DNA of 64,000 nucleotides from Escherichia coli (GTDB lineage Bacteria; Pseudomonadota; Gammaproteobacteria; Enterobacterales; Enterobacteriaceae): NCBI RefSeq assembly GCF_001677475.2, contig NZ_CP015229.1; one strand, 5' to 3'. Shown piece by piece: positions 60,493 to 64,000 of this stretch (position 1 is its first letter; each line of letters starts with the position of its first letter). The notes under the pieces were generated by a model. It saw only the letters and a program-made list of their open reading frames with translations, ran no database searches and was not told where the DNA came from. The position numbers and the translations under genes were made by a program.

Positions 60493-61059
60493 ATGCTTGA
60501 ACTTAATGCTAAAACCACTGCGTTGGTGGTGATCGATTTACAAGAAGGCATCTTACCTTTTGCCGGTGGTCCACATACTGCCGATGAGGTGGTTAATCGC
60601 GCCGGGAAGCTGGCGGCAAAATTTCGCGCGAGCGGTCAGCCCGTGTTTCTGGTGCGCGTTGGCTGGTCTGCCGATTATGCCGAAGCATTAAAACAGCTGG
60701 TTGATGCCCCCTCCCCCGCTAAAGTGTTACCCGAAAACTGGTGGCAACATCCTGCTGCATTAGGTGCAACCGACAGCGATATCGAAATCATCAAACGTCA
60801 ATGGGGTGCGTTTTACGGTACGGATCTGGAGTTGCAACTGCGCCGCCGAGGTATCGATACAATAGTGTTATGTGGGATCTCGACCAATATCGGTGTTGAA
60901 TCCACCGCCCGCAATGCCTGGGAACTCGGTTTTAATCTGGTGATTGCCGAAGATGCCTGTAGCGCCGCCAGCGCCGAGCAGCACAATAACAGCATCAACC
61001 ATATCTACCCACGCATCGCCCGTGTGCGCAGTGTGGAAGAGATCCTCAACGCATTATGA
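60493..61059 (+). CDS. yecD: Isochorismatase-family hydrolase YecD
   Basis: ORF 60460..61059 trimmed to [17 protein letters not shown] (188 aa). Confidence 0.8.
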   Translation: MLELNAKTTALVVIDLQEGILPFAGGPHTADEVVNRAGKLAAKFRASGQPVFLVRVGWSADYAEALKQLVDAPSPAKVLPENWWQHPAALGATDSDIEIIKRQWGAFYGTDLELQLRRRGIDTIVLCGISTNIGVESTARNAWELGFNLVIAEDACSAASAEQHNNSINHIYPRIARVRSVEEILNAL

Positions 61060-61874
61060 TTTACATCGGTCTGCCGCAATGGTCGCATCCTAAATGGGTG
61101 CGGTTGGGGATCACCAGCCTTGAAGTGTATGCCCGCCACTTTAACTGCGTGGAGGGCAACACCACGCTTTACGCCCTGCCCAAACTCGAGGTTGTCCTGC
61201 GCTGGCGTGAGCAGACCACAGATGACTTCCGCTTCTGTTTTAAGTTTCCGGCGACCATTTCGCATCAGGCAGCATTACGGCATTGCGATAATTTAGTGAC
61301 TGAATTTTTGACCCGCATGTCACCGTTAGCGCCGCGCATTGGGCAATACTGGCTGCAACTGCCTGCCACATTTGGCCCACGGGAGCTGCCTGCGCTTTGG
61401 CATTTTCTCGACTCTCTTCCCGGCGAATTTAATTATGGTGTGGAAGTCCGCCATCCACAGTTTTTCGCCAAAGGGGAAGAGGAACAAACGCTTAATCGCG
61501 GTTTACATCAGCGCGGCGTTAATCGGGTGATTTTAGACAGCCGCCCGGTTCATGCAGCACGTCCACACAGTGAAGCTATTCGCGACGCTCAACGAAAAAA
61601 ACCTAAAGTTCCGGTACATGCTGTACTGACGGCGACAAATCCGCTGATCCGTTTTATCGGTAGTGATGATATGACGCAAAACCGGGAATTATTTCAGGTC
61701 TGGTTACAAAAATTAGCGCAGTGGCATCAGACCACTACGCCTTATCTTTTTTTACATACGCCAGATATTGCCCAGGCCCCGGAACTGGTACATATCCTGT
61801 GGGAAGACTTACGTAAAACGCTTCCAGAGATCGGAGCAGTTCCGGCTATTCCACAGCAATCTTCTCTTTTCTGA
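61056..61874 (+). CDS. yecE: DUF72-family protein YecE
   Basis: 272-aa [17 protein letters not shown]; start overlaps the yecD stop (ATGA). Confidence 0.8.
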   Translation: MIYIGLPQWSHPKWVRLGITSLEVYARHFNCVEGNTTLYALPKLEVVLRWREQTTDDFRFCFKFPATISHQAALRHCDNLVTEFLTRMSPLAPRIGQYWLQLPATFGPRELPALWHFLDSLPGEFNYGVEVRHPQFFAKGEEEQTLNRGLHQRGVNRVILDSRPVHAARPHSEAIRDAQRKKPKVPVHAVLTATNPLIRFIGSDDMTQNRELFQVWLQKLAQWHQTTTPYLFLHTPDIAQAPELVHILWEDLRKTLPEIGAVPAIPQQSSLF

Positions 61875-61926
61875 ATTTGCCACCTATCATAGACAGGTGC
61901 CATCGGCCATTTTAAAGGGAGTTTGT

Positions 61927-64000
<2,074 letters not shown>

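Overview
This window reads as a core Enterobacterial chromosome segment, collinear with the Escherichia coli K-12 yoaA-to-cmoB region as I recall it, carrying one accessory element: an intact IS21-family insertion sequence (istA/istB, about 2.36 kb) between yobD and the manganese exporter gene mntP. I did not find a convincing novel system (no defence island, prophage, CRISPR array or tRNA gene). Gene calls rest on recognising the translated ORFs against remembered E. coli proteins; no database search was run, so names and strain assignment are recollection, not measured identity. Recognised genes in order: yoaA (5' part), yoaB, yoaC, yoaH, pabB, nudL, sdaA, pdeD, yoaE, manXYZ, yobD, [IS21-family IS], mntP, rlmA, cspC, yobF, yebO, mgrB, yobH, kdgR, yebQ, htpX, prc, proQ, msrC, yebS, yebT, rsmF, yebV, yebW, pphA, sdsR/ryeA, yebY, yebZ, yobA, holE, yobB, exoX, ptrB, yebE, yebF, yebG, purT, eda, edd, zwf, hexR, pykA, lpxM, mepM, znuA, znuCB, ruvB, ruvA, yebB, ruvC, yebC, nudB, aspS, yecD, yecE, yecN, cmoA, cmoB (5' part). 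Several sub-60-aa genes absent from the ORF track (yoaH, yobF, mgrB) and the SdsR sRNA were recovered by hand translation or direct reading. The most interesting observation is the IS sitting about 65 bp upstream of the predicted mntP leader/riboswitch, which could alter manganese-responsive control of mntP. Start codons were trimmed to internal Met/Val where the ORF-track N-terminus looked like a read-through extension; these and all repeat/terminator coordinates are approximate.
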